A stretch of 64,000 bases of DNA from Promethearchaeota archaeon (GTDB taxonomy: Archaea > Asgardarchaeota > Lokiarchaeia > Sigyniarchaeales > SOKP01): NCBI GenBank assembly GCA_030599585.1, contig JAUVNS010000004.1, positions 128,001 through 192,000 on the forward strand. The letters are read 5' to 3'. Below the pieces are notes generated by a model, which did no database searches, was not told where the DNA came from, and was given only the letters and a program-made list of their open reading frames with translations. Position numbers and translations under genes: made by a program. Shown in pieces: positions 39,876-49,790 of the stretch; positions within the stretch are counted from its first letter, which is position 1; the number at the start of each line of letters is the position of its first letter.

Positions 39876-40205
39876 TTACATTTCTAATTTTTTAACTGTT
39901 CCCGTTGTAGCCCCTTTGGGATTAATATTTTCTAATTCAACGATTAATTGATAAACTTTATCGTCCTGCAGTGCTTCTCCAAATTTTATCAGCATTTCTT
40001 TTGAACCAACAAATAAACCTTTTCTTTTCATTGGTTTGCCGTCATCTTTTAACGGATTAATTTCAAGAAATAATAATGATGGTCTAGTTTTAGTCGCAGG
40101 GACCTTTACTATAAAAACTCCCGGTATAGGAGCTTCCATTTTTTCCCAATCGTTTGCGTTTTTTAGATGGGCTCTTAGTTGAGCTTCAATATCAGCCATA
40201 TTCAA
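39876..40205 (-). CDS. Conserved-looking archaeal hypothetical protein
   Basis: DWEKM..PIPGVFIVKVP..K.RP...LEINP...GKP.KRKGL motif; BRE/TATA-like element at about 40280. Confidence 0.75.
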   Translation of the reverse strand: MNMADIEAQLRAHLKNANDWEKMEAPIPGVFIVKVPATKTRPSLLFLEINPLKDDGKPMKRKGLFVGSKEMLIKFGEALQDDKVYQLIVELENINPKGATTGTVKKLEM

Positions 40206-40236
40206 TCACACTTCTAATTTATATTTTTATTAATTA

Positions 40237-40260
40237 TTATGTGTTACATATAAGACATAA
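40237..40260. promoter_or_regulatory. Imperfect 24-bp palindrome in a divergent promoter region, candidate RHH operator
   Basis: TTATGTGTTACATATAAGACATAA (20/24 self-complementary); more AGACA/TGTCT motifs at about 40310, 40330 and 40368. Confidence 0.45.
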
Positions 40261-40442
40261 CATATATACTATATGGCATATATAAAGTTTTTGGTAGTGA
40301 AATATTGTAAGACAATCTTAAAAGCAAGCAGACAAAAATCTAAAATGGTATTAAAGTCGTGAATTGATGTCTAATTTTAATTCGTCGGATTACTTGGGGT
40401 TGATTTCCACTAAATGTTTATATATACGGACGTGATACTTAA

Positions 40443-40700
40443 TTGTATAGAAAAAGCAAGAGTTTTTCTAAAATACTCAGATATGTGGTGATTAAAATAA
40501 AATTAATTTCAGTAAATTTACCAGAATCTTATCTTAAGGTCCTTGAGATCCTTGTTGTCGAAGGTAAGTTCCCAAATCGTAGTGAAGCTATTCGAGTCGG
40601 AATTAGGGATTTAATTCGCACAGAATATCTCATAGAAGAATCAGTTAAGCGAAATATGAGTCATAATTTAATTCAACCTGAAATTCAGGAAATAATTTAA
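40443..40700 (+). CDS. Ribbon-helix-helix (CopG/CdrS-like) regulator; true start probably 40485-40497
   Basis: KLISVNLPESYLKVLEILVVEGKFPNRSEAIRVGIRDLI; G.FPNRSEAIR is typical of archaeal CdrS-type RHH proteins. Confidence 0.85.
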   Translation: MYRKSKSFSKILRYVVIKIKLISVNLPESYLKVLEILVVEGKFPNRSEAIRVGIRDLIRTEYLIEESVKRNMSHNLIQPEIQEII

Positions 40701-40729
40701 TCTTCATCTTCTTTTTTTTTATTTTTTAT

Positions 40730-43700
40730 CTACAAATCTTTAATTCTTTTTCGTCTCTCTTCTCGTCTTTTAGCAATTTTATCTCTAAGATCCTCTTCGT
40801 CTAATTTTGGAGAAACTTTTATCACTTCTAGTTCTTTTTTGATGCCTAATTCTTTTTTATAAATATTTATTTTGTCTTCAATTTCAAGGATGTATCTTTT
40901 TCCTATCTTCGTTTCAGTCAAGTTAAATATAGCTTCGTTTAATTCTGTAATAGCTTTCATAAATAAATTATTTGATAATGAGATTTGAGCTTTATCTAAA
41001 ACCAGATATGCTAACCTAAATTTATCGAAGTTTTCATCTCTATCGACATCACCATTAGTGATAATTGGAACCTGACTAGCGTTTTCCAACACTTCAATTT
41101 GTTTTTTCATCTCTTTGATCATTTTATCTTGATCTGTGTTTTCTATTTTCTTGATGACTTTCCTTAGAGCTAGTATTCCCTCGTTGTATTTAAGGTTCTT
41201 AATAATTTCATGGGCTTTGTCGCGCTCCTTTTGGATTAATTTTTCCCGCTGTTTCTTCTTTTCCTCTTTTCTTATTTGATCGAGTTCTTTTTGTTTTTCT
41301 TCGGCTTCCTTTAACAACTCTTCAAGCTCTTCCTTCTCTTCTACTTTCTTCTTCTGGTATGCTTTTAATTTTTCTGTTTGTTTCATTTCTTTTTTGAGCG
41401 TAATCATAAGGTCATTATTTATCCGGCTAACCTCGTGTTCCCATCCAATTTTTTTGAACAAGTCTCGTCCCATTATGTATTTCTCATAGGCATCTTCGAA
41501 CTTCTTACCGTCTTTCAATTTCGTTCCTGCTTCTAACAGTAGATAAGCTTTATCAGAAATTTCTCTCTCTCTTTCTTTACCCTCTTGAATTGCAGATAGT
41601 TCTCGTCTTCTCTGTTCTTGTTGCAAATCATGTAAATCTTTAGCTTTAGTGATCTGCTCTTCAAGCTGAGCTTCAATTCTAATTTTTTCAATTTTCTTCT
41701 GGGCTAATAATTTTTCCTCTCGCTCAAGTCTTTGCTTTTTCAGCTTAATGGCGTTAATAGACTCTTTAGTCATTTTACTGCCTTCAGGCCAATTTATTTC
41801 ATCAAATATTTGTTGACTTTCCTTGTAAAACTTAATAGCTTTGTCAAAATTGTTTTGCTTCAACTCTCTTTTAGCAAGATCCATAAATTTAAAAGCTTGT
41901 TCTTTTCTAGCTTCGTATTTCACTGCTCTTTTTCTTTTTTCTTCAAGTTCCTTTATTCTTACCTGTGAGAGTTCTTCTTTAGCCTTTTTTGCCTCAAGTA
42001 CTTCTTTTTCAAATCGTTTTATTTCTTCTTCTTGTTTAGCGGTCCGTTCTAGTTCTAAAGCTTTTAATCGCTTAAATTCTTCAAATTTTTTTTGATAGTA
42101 ATTAATTGAGTTTACTAATTGATCTGCTTGTTCAACCCAACCAATTTTTTCAAAATCGAGTTTTGCAGTTTTGTATATCTGAATAATGTCATTAAATGGG
42201 GATACTGCTAACGAAATTCCTTCCTTCTTCTTAATATCGTAATCTTTAGCCATCTTCTCAGCTTTAGATAATTTGCTAAAAATTTCTTCAGATTCTTTAG
42301 ATTTTGCTTCTCTTGATTTCTTTAATTCATCAATTCGTATTTCTTGAATAAGGTGGTCGTCTTTAGTAACCAAAACGGGTCTAATTTTAGATTCTTCTAT
42401 TTTTTGTAATTCAAAAGCTCGTAGGTTCTCATCTTTTTGTTTTTTGCTTTCGTAAAAACTTATTGTATTATTCAATTTTTGTGCTTCTTCATTCCATCCA
42501 ATTTTCTGTAGCATTTTACTTGCCGTTACATATGTATTGATTACTTCTTCGTATGGGCTCTTGTAGGAAAGAATATCTCTTTTAAGACTTACTTCATAAT
42601 TTCTAACTGCTTTTTCGGCTTCGTCAATTAGGTTTAATGCTTGTGTCATAATTTCGTCATTTTCTCTATTTTTACTACTAAGAGCGTCTAACTCTTCTAG
42701 TCTCAGTGGCTTAATTTCAGTGGGTGCTTTGAGAGATTCTTCAAATTCTTGCTGTTTTTTAGCTTTTTGAATCTCTAATTTACGCAATCGTTCATCCTTC
42801 TGAAATTTCTCTTGGTACAAAATAATTTGGTTTGCATATATCTCCGCCTCTTCTTTCCAACCTCTAGCATACACTTTTTTCCTCAAATTTTGATAAATCT
42901 CAGCAATTTTTAAAAACGGACATGTTTTATCAAATTGTCCTTTCATAATCGCCAGTTCGTACTCTCGAGCTTCTCTTTCAGCATCATCTATTATCTTATC
43001 TATTTCTTGCTCGAATATTTCTTCTTCCTGTTCTTTCTTAGTTAATTCTTCAATTTGTCTTAATTTTTTTCCATCATACACCGTTGGTGCTTTTTGAGCT
43101 TCAATAAATTGTTGTTGTTTTTTGACTTTCTCAGATTCAATCTTCCTCAGTTTTTTATCTTTTTCTAGTTTATCTTGATATATTTTTATTTGATTTGTAT
43201 AGATGAGTCCTTGGTCAGTCCAACCTTTTTCCACGATTTTTTTTCTTAAATGAGTATATATTTCGATTATTTCGAGATAAGGTGAATTTTCGATCAGTTT
43301 TCCTTCCTTTAACGCTTTTTTCATCTCTATATCGTAATTTCTTGCCTTTTTCTCTGCCTTTTCGACAAGCTCAGTTATTTTTTTTTGAAACTCTTGCTCT
43401 TCACCATTCAGTTTTCTTTTAAACTCTAAATCTTTTAGTCTTTGTGGTGTTATTACACTATCCGCTTTAATCTTTAAAGAATCTTCGAATTCTTTTTGCT
43501 TTTTAATCTTCTGAAGCTCAAGCTCACGCAATTTTTTATCTTTTTCCCATTTTTCTTGATATACCTTAACTTGATTAGTGTAAATTGCGACTTGGTCTTT
43601 CCATCCTTTCGAAATAACGCTATCTCGTATTTTATTGTACATTTCAATAATTTTACTAAAAGGTGATTCCTCTATTAACTTGCCCTTCTTAAGTTCCTTT

Positions 43701-45580
43701 TTTAGGGCTATTTCGTAATCTCTTGCCATTTTTTCTGCCCTTTCGACAAGTTCGATAAGTTCCAATTGAAATTTCTTATCATCAGCACCTTCTATCCTTC
43801 GTTTTTCTAAATGGGTTAAATTCTCAATGTCAATGCTTTCTTTCTGAACTTTGCGATATTCTTCAAATGTTTTTTGATCTTGATTTTTCTTAGCTTCGAT
43901 TTCTCTTATTTTGATATCTCTTTCATCTAATTCATTATATTTCCTAATCTGGCTTGAATAAATGGCTGCATCATCGTTCCATCCTTTTTCTAACGCTTTA
44001 TCTTTTGCTACAGTATATATTTTTAGGATTTCAGGATATTTTGAAGCGATATTCAAATTACCACTTTTAGCAGCTTTTTTAAATGCTACCTCATACTCCC
44101 TCGCCATTTTATCTGCCAATTTTATAGAGTCATTAAGAGTTTCTTTAAGTTTTTCAATTTCAATCTCTTTTCTCTTCTGTTCTTTTAGAGTTTTTAGTTT
44201 TTCGGGATCAATTTCGGCAACCAAAGTATCTTTTTTGATTTTTTGGCTTTCATCGAATAATTTTTGTTTTTGAATCTTCTGAGCTTCCATGTGGCGTAAT
44301 TTTTTATCTTTCTCTAAAAGAATCTGATAGTGTTGTATTTGATCTTCGTATAATTTTACTTGATCCTTCCATCCTTTTTCCTTTGTTTTATCCCTAACTT
44401 CCTGATAGATTTTTATTACGCTAGGATAAGCGCATTCTTTAACTATATTTCCTTTATTGATGGATTTTTTTAAGTTTAGTTCATATTCTCTCACTAACTT
44501 TTCTGCGTAATCTATCATATCGGTGAGATTGTTTTGAAAAATTTCCTCTTCCTGTTTTGTCTCAATCTGTTTCCTTATTTTAACTGCTTGAGCTTTTTGT
44601 TTCAAATTTTCTTCGATGGTTGAGCGTTCAATTAATTGAGCTTCTTGCTTTTTTTTTTCTTCGAGTTCTTGTTCTTCCCGTACTCGGATTTGTTGAAGTT
44701 CCAGTTTATAGTTTTCTTTATCTCTCTCTACTTGCTCCTTCATATTTTCGATTTTTTTAACTTCATTTAACCAATTTATTTCTTTAAATAACAAAATACT
44801 TTTTTCAAATAAGCCTATCGCTTGATCAAATTGGCGTATCTTTCTCAATTCTGTGGCTTTTCCAATAAGTTCATAGGCTTGGTTAGACAATTCATTTTCT
44901 TTCTTTTTCGTATCTTCATATACTTTTAATTTTTTTGCTTTTAACTCTAATTCAGATGTGTCATTTCCCGTAGCTTCTATGCCCTGATTATCTTCTTCAA
45001 TAGGCGAAGATTTTTGCTTTCTTAAGTAATCTGCTTTCCTATTGTAGCAATCTTCAATCAATTCATTTATTTTTTCTATTTCTAACCTTTTATTTAATTT
45101 TTTAAGTATGCTAATGGCATCGTCATAAGTATCAAGGGCTTGATCAAAGTTTCGGTTGTTAACAAACTCTATTGCTTCAACTATTAGCGTATCTGCTTGG
45201 TCATACAAATTATCCTCGTCTTGCTCCGATATTTCTTCTCCTTGAATGCTTTCATATTCGTCTTTAGTCTCTAATTCGCGTTTTTTAAAGTTTTCTTCTC
45301 TTAGTATGTAAATCTCTGAAATTTTCCCTTTTATAGCCTCGACTTCTGCTTCCCTATTAATTTGAGAATATAACCCAATAGCTTGACGAAAAATTTCGAT
45401 ACTATCGTCATAGAATTGTGACTCTACTAACGATAACGCGTGTTTAACTAGTTCTAACGCTTCAGAAGCTATTTCCTTCTCAATATCTCCCATATCTGAG
45501 AAGAATGCTTCTTTTGTTGGATCTGGATCGTTTTCATTAAAATCTAGCTTACCTCCCTTTTCTCCATCACGATTTACCAT
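40730..45580 (-). CDS. 1616-aa all-helical repeat protein (TPR/MIT-like three-helix modules joined by charged helices)
   Basis: Seven central ~120-125-aa repeats (AEK.AR.YE...SP(Y/F)..I..IY......KGW..Q...Y..QI..YQEK.EKD.KLR) flanked by seven TPR/MIT-like units. Confidence 0.85.
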   Translation of the reverse strand: MVNRDGEKGGKLDFNENDPDPTKEAFFSDMGDIEKEIASEALELVKHALSLVESQFYDDSIEIFRQAIGLYSQINREAEVEAIKGKISEIYILREENFKKRELETKDEYESIQGEEISEQDEDNLYDQADTLIVEAIEFVNNRNFDQALDTYDDAISILKKLNKRLEIEKINELIEDCYNRKADYLRKQKSSPIEEDNQGIEATGNDTSELELKAKKLKVYEDTKKKENELSNQAYELIGKATELRKIRQFDQAIGLFEKSILLFKEINWLNEVKKIENMKEQVERDKENYKLELQQIRVREEQELEEKKKQEAQLIERSTIEENLKQKAQAVKIRKQIETKQEEEIFQNNLTDMIDYAEKLVREYELNLKKSINKGNIVKECAYPSVIKIYQEVRDKTKEKGWKDQVKLYEDQIQHYQILLEKDKKLRHMEAQKIQKQKLFDESQKIKKDTLVAEIDPEKLKTLKEQKRKEIEIEKLKETLNDSIKLADKMAREYEVAFKKAAKSGNLNIASKYPEILKIYTVAKDKALEKGWNDDAAIYSSQIRKYNELDERDIKIREIEAKKNQDQKTFEEYRKVQKESIDIENLTHLEKRRIEGADDKKFQLELIELVERAEKMARDYEIALKKELKKGKLIEESPFSKIIEMYNKIRDSVISKGWKDQVAIYTNQVKVYQEKWEKDKKLRELELQKIKKQKEFEDSLKIKADSVITPQRLKDLEFKRKLNGEEQEFQKKITELVEKAEKKARNYDIEMKKALKEGKLIENSPYLEIIEIYTHLRKKIVEKGWTDQGLIYTNQIKIYQDKLEKDKKLRKIESEKVKKQQQFIEAQKAPTVYDGKKLRQIEELTKKEQEEEIFEQEIDKIIDDAEREAREYELAIMKGQFDKTCPFLKIAEIYQNLRKKVYARGWKEEAEIYANQIILYQEKFQKDERLRKLEIQKAKKQQEFEESLKAPTEIKPLRLEELDALSSKNRENDEIMTQALNLIDEAEKAVRNYEVSLKRDILSYKSPYEEVINTYVTASKMLQKIGWNEEAQKLNNTISFYESKKQKDENLRAFELQKIEESKIRPVLVTKDDHLIQEIRIDELKKSREAKSKESEEIFSKLSKAEKMAKDYDIKKKEGISLAVSPFNDIIQIYKTAKLDFEKIGWVEQADQLVNSINYYQKKFEEFKRLKALELERTAKQEEEIKRFEKEVLEAKKAKEELSQVRIKELEEKRKRAVKYEARKEQAFKFMDLAKRELKQNNFDKAIKFYKESQQIFDEINWPEGSKMTKESINAIKLKKQRLEREEKLLAQKKIEKIRIEAQLEEQITKAKDLHDLQQEQRRRELSAIQEGKEREREISDKAYLLLEAGTKLKDGKKFEDAYEKYIMGRDLFKKIGWEHEVSRINNDLMITLKKEMKQTEKLKAYQKKKVEEKEELEELLKEAEEKQKELDQIRKEEKKKQREKLIQKERDKAHEIIKNLKYNEGILALRKVIKKIENTDQDKMIKEMKKQIEVLENASQVPIITNGDVDRDENFDKFRLAYLVLDKAQISLSNNLFMKAITELNEAIFNLTETKIGKRYILEIEDKINIYKKELGIKKELEVIKVSPKLDEEDLRDKIAKRREERRKRIKDL

Positions 45581-45725
45581 TTTCCATCATCCTTAAAAAA
45601 ATCCTTTTTCTTCTAATTCAAATAATAAAATTGTAAAATTAAATATAATATTTAGCGATAAATTTTAATATCATTTATAAACAAAAACAACTCTATAAAG
45701 CCATACTTGGATTGACTAAAGCTTT

Positions 45726-46130
45726 TCAAAGTTCAATCTTACCAAGAGTCTTGTTTAAATAATCGTCGCAGACTTTTTCCCCCTCAACCGTTAAAGTCCA
45801 CCCGTTTGAATCTTTTTTAACCAGACGCAGATCTTCTGAACTTCTCAAAATCTCGTGAACTTCTTCTTCAATTTTACGTATATTGAAATCAATTCTTAAA
45901 CTAAATAGAATTTCATCCAAAGGAACTGGACGCCCTAGTTCATCTTCCATTACTCCCAGAGCTGCAATTATTTGTTGTTGTTCTCCTATAGCACCCTCCA
46001 TTTTCATCGATTGCTCGTCAAGTAACCAAGGAAACTTATCCAGCATCTTTTTAATTCCTTTTTCATTACCGCTTGCGAACATTTCGTTAAATTGTTCCCG
46101 AATTTTTTTCTTGTTAACCATAGAGAGCAC
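45726..46130 (-). CDS. Hypothetical winged-helix protein
   Basis: PVPLDEILFSL...VHEILRSSEDLRLVKKDSNGWTLTVEG wing motif. Confidence 0.7.
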   Translation of the reverse strand: MLSMVNKKKIREQFNEMFASGNEKGIKKMLDKFPWLLDEQSMKMEGAIGEQQQIIAALGVMEDELGRPVPLDEILFSLRIDFNIRKIEEEVHEILRSSEDLRLVKKDSNGWTLTVEGEKVCDDYLNKTLGKIEL

Positions 46131-46252
46131 CTATATTTCTAAAAAGAAAATCCTATATATTAGTGATTATCATTTATATTAGATATATTATTTAAAAAAA
46201 AATTAATCTTTTTAATCTTAAGCATAAAAAAGCAAACTGATGATTTTAAAAT

Positions 46253-49200
46253 ATGGCAAAAAAATCTAAAAAATCTTGCAATAGACATAAGACTTTCAAT
46301 TATTATTGCGAAGATTGTCAAAGAATAAATCAATTTACTGAGGAGAGATTCCAATACAGCCGTTTTAAAGGTAAAGTTAGCTACCGTAGATACATTCTCA
46401 TTGCAATTGTAGTTGTTGCGATAATTGCTGCGTTAGGAGTGTTCTGGTTGTGGCCTGCATGGTATGGGGATATGAGTCTTAACGCACAATTGTATAACGA
46501 TAAAGCAGGTGGATTAGATTACTTTAATTTCTTTTTCTTAAACGGGTGGTCTACAAAATTCATATTTAACTGGACTGCCTTAATCGGAGCTATTATAGGA
46601 AGCATAATAATGAGCATACCTCCAGAGAGAAACCTATTAACTCTAATAGGGACAAAACTACGATTTGGAAAACCAACTAGGGGAAAATCCTTACTATTTT
46701 GGTGGACAATTGGATTTGTAATGTTCTACTTTTTAGGTTTACTCTTAAATGTTAATAGTGGTGGTTTTTCTTGGACACTTTATTTAATTGACAATGGAGA
46801 AATAGTTTTATCGCCCAATCTAATCCTTGACGCATTCAACGTAATTTTCAACCAAAACAGCATAGATTTCGTTACTATTTACATCTACTCTAACCTACTT
46901 GTTCCAATAATAAGCTTTATAATGGGAGTTATCATATTTCGATTAATTCTTAATGTTGCCAAGTATGTGTATCTACGGAGAAACGATTATTTAGTAATGG
47001 GAAATGTTTTAGTTATTATCGGCCTAGTGTGTGGATTAGTATTCGTTTATATTCCTACGCTTTCTTTGGACGGTATAAATGTGATTCAAATCCTTGCGCT
47101 CATTTTCGGATTTTTCTCGATTACCGCTTTAGGCACCATTATATGTATATTTGGAAAAAGAAAATATAAAAAAGACTCTAAGAACTATATATTTGCGCCG
47201 TACTCCCAAAAAAAACTGATTTTTGTAATAGTAGTCATAGTCGTCTTTACAATCTCACCATTGATATTCAGTATTGGACCGTTGTTAAACTTAAATAACA
47301 CGGCGGTGTGGACAGAACAACAATGGACAAAAAAATACAAAAGAGAAGTCGAGTGGACGAGACTTGCTGCGGGATTAGATATGTTTGAGGAACGACCAAT
47401 TCAAAACTTTACAGAATCATCCACAACTTTAGATGCGGAAATGGTCTCAAAAGTTAGGCAATTCGATCAAAATTTTGCTGTCCAATACCTTGCTGCTTCA
47501 ATAGGTTCCACTTTTGAAGGACTCGCTGACTCTGACATCATCTATATTAATAACAAAGAATACTGGGTTGCACCAAAAACGGTTAGATTTTCTGAAATTA
47601 CTGGCGATGCTGTCCAGACTAATACAGAATTGTATGATCATGTGGAAGGATTTCTCGCTATGGATACCTTTACTGGCGATTTAGTGAATGTAACAGAAAC
47701 TTTTAATATCACTGAGAATTACCCGATCTTTTTTGGGGAAAGTGAAAGTCAAAGGTATCTTGAACAGACATTAGGATTCTTCGAAGAAGGATCGCTGGGA
47801 GCATACGATTCTGACATAATACTTGGTACAGAATGGTCACTTGGTATTCCTAATAACGAATTTCGATATGAAGGAGATCCAGACGGGACCTTAACTGGCC
47901 TAGAAGGCTTTTGGAAAACATTAAATATAGGATTATTCGCATACGCATTTCAAACTGATCATCAATACTTAATTAATAGAAATGTAAGAAATAGAGTAAG
48001 TGAAATACTTCTTCCTCAATTAAGAATTGATAACGATCCATACTTAGTTTTCAACATGATCCAAGGCAAAATGTATTACGCTGTTTCGATATATACTTAC
48101 ATAAATGTTGGTTCTTATGCCCAATTTCCAATATTAAGGTTCTTAGGTATCAGCTTGGTTGATGTGATAAGTGGAGAAATGACTTTTTATCAAAATCCAA
48201 CTTTAGAAACATCAAACGATCCAACATATCCTCTCTGGAAAATTTATGTAGATCAATATAATTGGCAAGCAACTCCAACATGGTTAGAAGAACAATTACG
48301 ATATCCTGAAGACTTGTTTGAATTACAATTAGAAGCAAATTATATCTACCATGTGCAAAATTCAGTATCTTGGAGAAGAGCAGACGATTTCCACGAAAGA
48401 CCTGAAGACGGTGATTTATTCTACATAGAATCTGATTTAGGAGATGGAATTGAGTATATTGGTTTAGATTTAGTGGAATACAAAGGTCTAACAGCAACCC
48501 TTCTAGCTGGAATGTACGTGATACGACATGGCACTCATTTTGGTGAAGCTATTTTTTACTATACCAGAGACTCAGGGGAAAATCTTATTGGCCCGAAAAC
48601 TGCCAGAGAAACATATGGATCCGAAGCAACTCAAGAAATTTCCTTGATTTCAGGTGCTCGTAATGGAAATACATTGCTCTATCCAATTGGTGGTTCTATC
48701 TACTATTATATTCCAACATATAGCACCGCAGGTAGTCTACAGCAATTGAAACTCGCTGGATTCGTTGAGGCTTTTAGTCGCGACGTCGGATATGGAGATA
48801 GCGCTCTAGAGGCTTATGTTAACTTGAATTTGACAGGTGATGAGGCTCCATCTAATCTAACTATATCCTATAATTTTGAGATGGAATCCTCAATGAATTA
48901 CCCCGAAGATCCAGCTAATTTCGTAATAAATATACAGAATCTAGATACTAATTTTTCTGCCCCAATTGTGAATGTAAAAGTTAACCTTTCTATCTATAGT
49001 TCAACAACCAACAATGTAGATTACAATCTAATTCTACCAGATTATCTCAATCCAATCCAAAATACAACTTACATAGACGGAATTTATACCCGAGTTAATT
49101 TCACTGTCGTCGACACAACCCTCTATTTTGGAGAGGGCTTAGTTCTCAATGGATTTCTGAATACCACAAAAGGAAATGTGATAGTCTTCTATAAATGGAA

Positions 49201-49264
49201 TTTAATTGTAGATGGTATAATGATCTACGAATCTCCTGTTAACTTTTTATCCGTATTTGAATAA
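46253..49264 (+). CDS. UPF0182-family membrane protein with N-terminal Zn-binding motif and C-terminal beta-rich (Ig-like) domain
   Basis: EVEWTRLAAGLD, YDHVEGF, PIFFGE, DNDPYLV, QLRYPEDLFELQ...YHV, GNTLLYPIGGSIYYYIPTY; many N-x-S/T sequons in the C-terminal domain. Confidence 0.85.
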   Translation: MAKKSKKSCNRHKTFNYYCEDCQRINQFTEERFQYSRFKGKVSYRRYILIAIVVVAIIAALGVFWLWPAWYGDMSLNAQLYNDKAGGLDYFNFFFLNGWSTKFIFNWTALIGAIIGSIIMSIPPERNLLTLIGTKLRFGKPTRGKSLLFWWTIGFVMFYFLGLLLNVNSGGFSWTLYLIDNGEIVLSPNLILDAFNVIFNQNSIDFVTIYIYSNLLVPIISFIMGVIIFRLILNVAKYVYLRRNDYLVMGNVLVIIGLVCGLVFVYIPTLSLDGINVIQILALIFGFFSITALGTIICIFGKRKYKKDSKNYIFAPYSQKKLIFVIVVIVVFTISPLIFSIGPLLNLNNTAVWTEQQWTKKYKREVEWTRLAAGLDMFEERPIQNFTESSTTLDAEMVSKVRQFDQNFAVQYLAASIGSTFEGLADSDIIYINNKEYWVAPKTVRFSEITGDAVQTNTELYDHVEGFLAMDTFTGDLVNVTETFNITENYPIFFGESESQRYLEQTLGFFEEGSLGAYDSDIILGTEWSLGIPNNEFRYEGDPDGTLTGLEGFWKTLNIGLFAYAFQTDHQYLINRNVRNRVSEILLPQLRIDNDPYLVFNMIQGKMYYAVSIYTYINVGSYAQFPILRFLGISLVDVISGEMTFYQNPTLETSNDPTYPLWKIYVDQYNWQATPTWLEEQLRYPEDLFELQLEANYIYHVQNSVSWRRADDFHERPEDGDLFYIESDLGDGIEYIGLDLVEYKGLTATLLAGMYVIRHGTHFGEAIFYYTRDSGENLIGPKTARETYGSEATQEISLISGARNGNTLLYPIGGSIYYYIPTYSTAGSLQQLKLAGFVEAFSRDVGYGDSALEAYVNLNLTGDEAPSNLTISYNFEMESSMNYPEDPANFVINIQNLDTNFSAPIVNVKVNLSIYSSTTNNVDYNLILPDYLNPIQNTTYIDGIYTRVNFTVVDTTLYFGEGLVLNGFLNTTKGNVIVFYKWNLIVDGIMIYESPVNFLSVFE

Positions 49265-49279
49265 CTAATTTTTTTTTTT
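49262..49279 (+). terminator. Oligo-T terminator (duplicated at 49649-49667)
   Basis: TAACTAATTTTTTTTTTT follows both the UPF0182 stop and the orphan fragment stop. Confidence 0.7.
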
Positions 49280-49325
49280 ATTAAAAATAAGAAAAATCCA
49301 ATAAAATAAATTATAAAGAGAAAAC

Positions 49326-49374
49326 TTATTCTTGGATTTTCGTTAAAAATTGTTCTATTTCGTCTTTTGAGCAC
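49326..49374 (-). pseudogene. Orphan 3' fragment of a second psmA allele (CSKDEIEQFLTKIQE*)
   Basis: 49348-49374 matches psmA 49921-49947 at 26/27 nt, then continues in frame to a TAA at 49328-49326 with no KEEP tail. Confidence 0.85.
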
Positions 49375-49651
49375 CTCTACTGAGATCACTACTAATCTTA
49401 ATGTAAGTTACGACTTAATTTTACCACCATACTTGTATCCAATTGAAAATTCTACTTATGTAGATTTTCCTAACACGGTTACAAACTTCACAGTAGTCGA
49501 TACTACTCTATATTTTGGTGAAGGATTAGTATTAAATGGATTCGTGAATACAACAATAGAAGGCATAATCATTTTCTATAAATGGACCTTAATTGTAAAT
49601 GGTGCGATTATCTACACTTCTCCAGATAACCTGATATATGTATATGCATAA
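49375..49651 (+). pseudogene. Orphan 3' fragment of a diverged UPF0182 allele
   Basis: 49400-49651 is gaplessly colinear with 49013-49264 (54/83 aa identical by manual alignment); the TTG start in the ORF track lies inside the psmA fragment. Confidence 0.85.
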
Positions 49652-49790
49652 CTAATTTTTTTTTTTTAATATTTCTTTTAAATTTATCAAATATCGATTC
49701 ATAAAAAAAGATTTTAAATCAAGTAATGCCAGTTTTATGAAGGAGAAATTAAAAATTTCGAAATAGAATCCTCTTATATAAAGTTTTAAT

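Noticed and set aside
49013-49651. Diversity-generating retroelement VR/TR pair
   Set aside because: Differences are mostly synonymous third-position changes of all base types, not adenine-specific; no reverse transcriptase in the window
49367-49651. 94-aa ORF as an independent gene
   Set aside because: Its TTG start lies inside the orphan psmA fragment; better explained as a truncated allele
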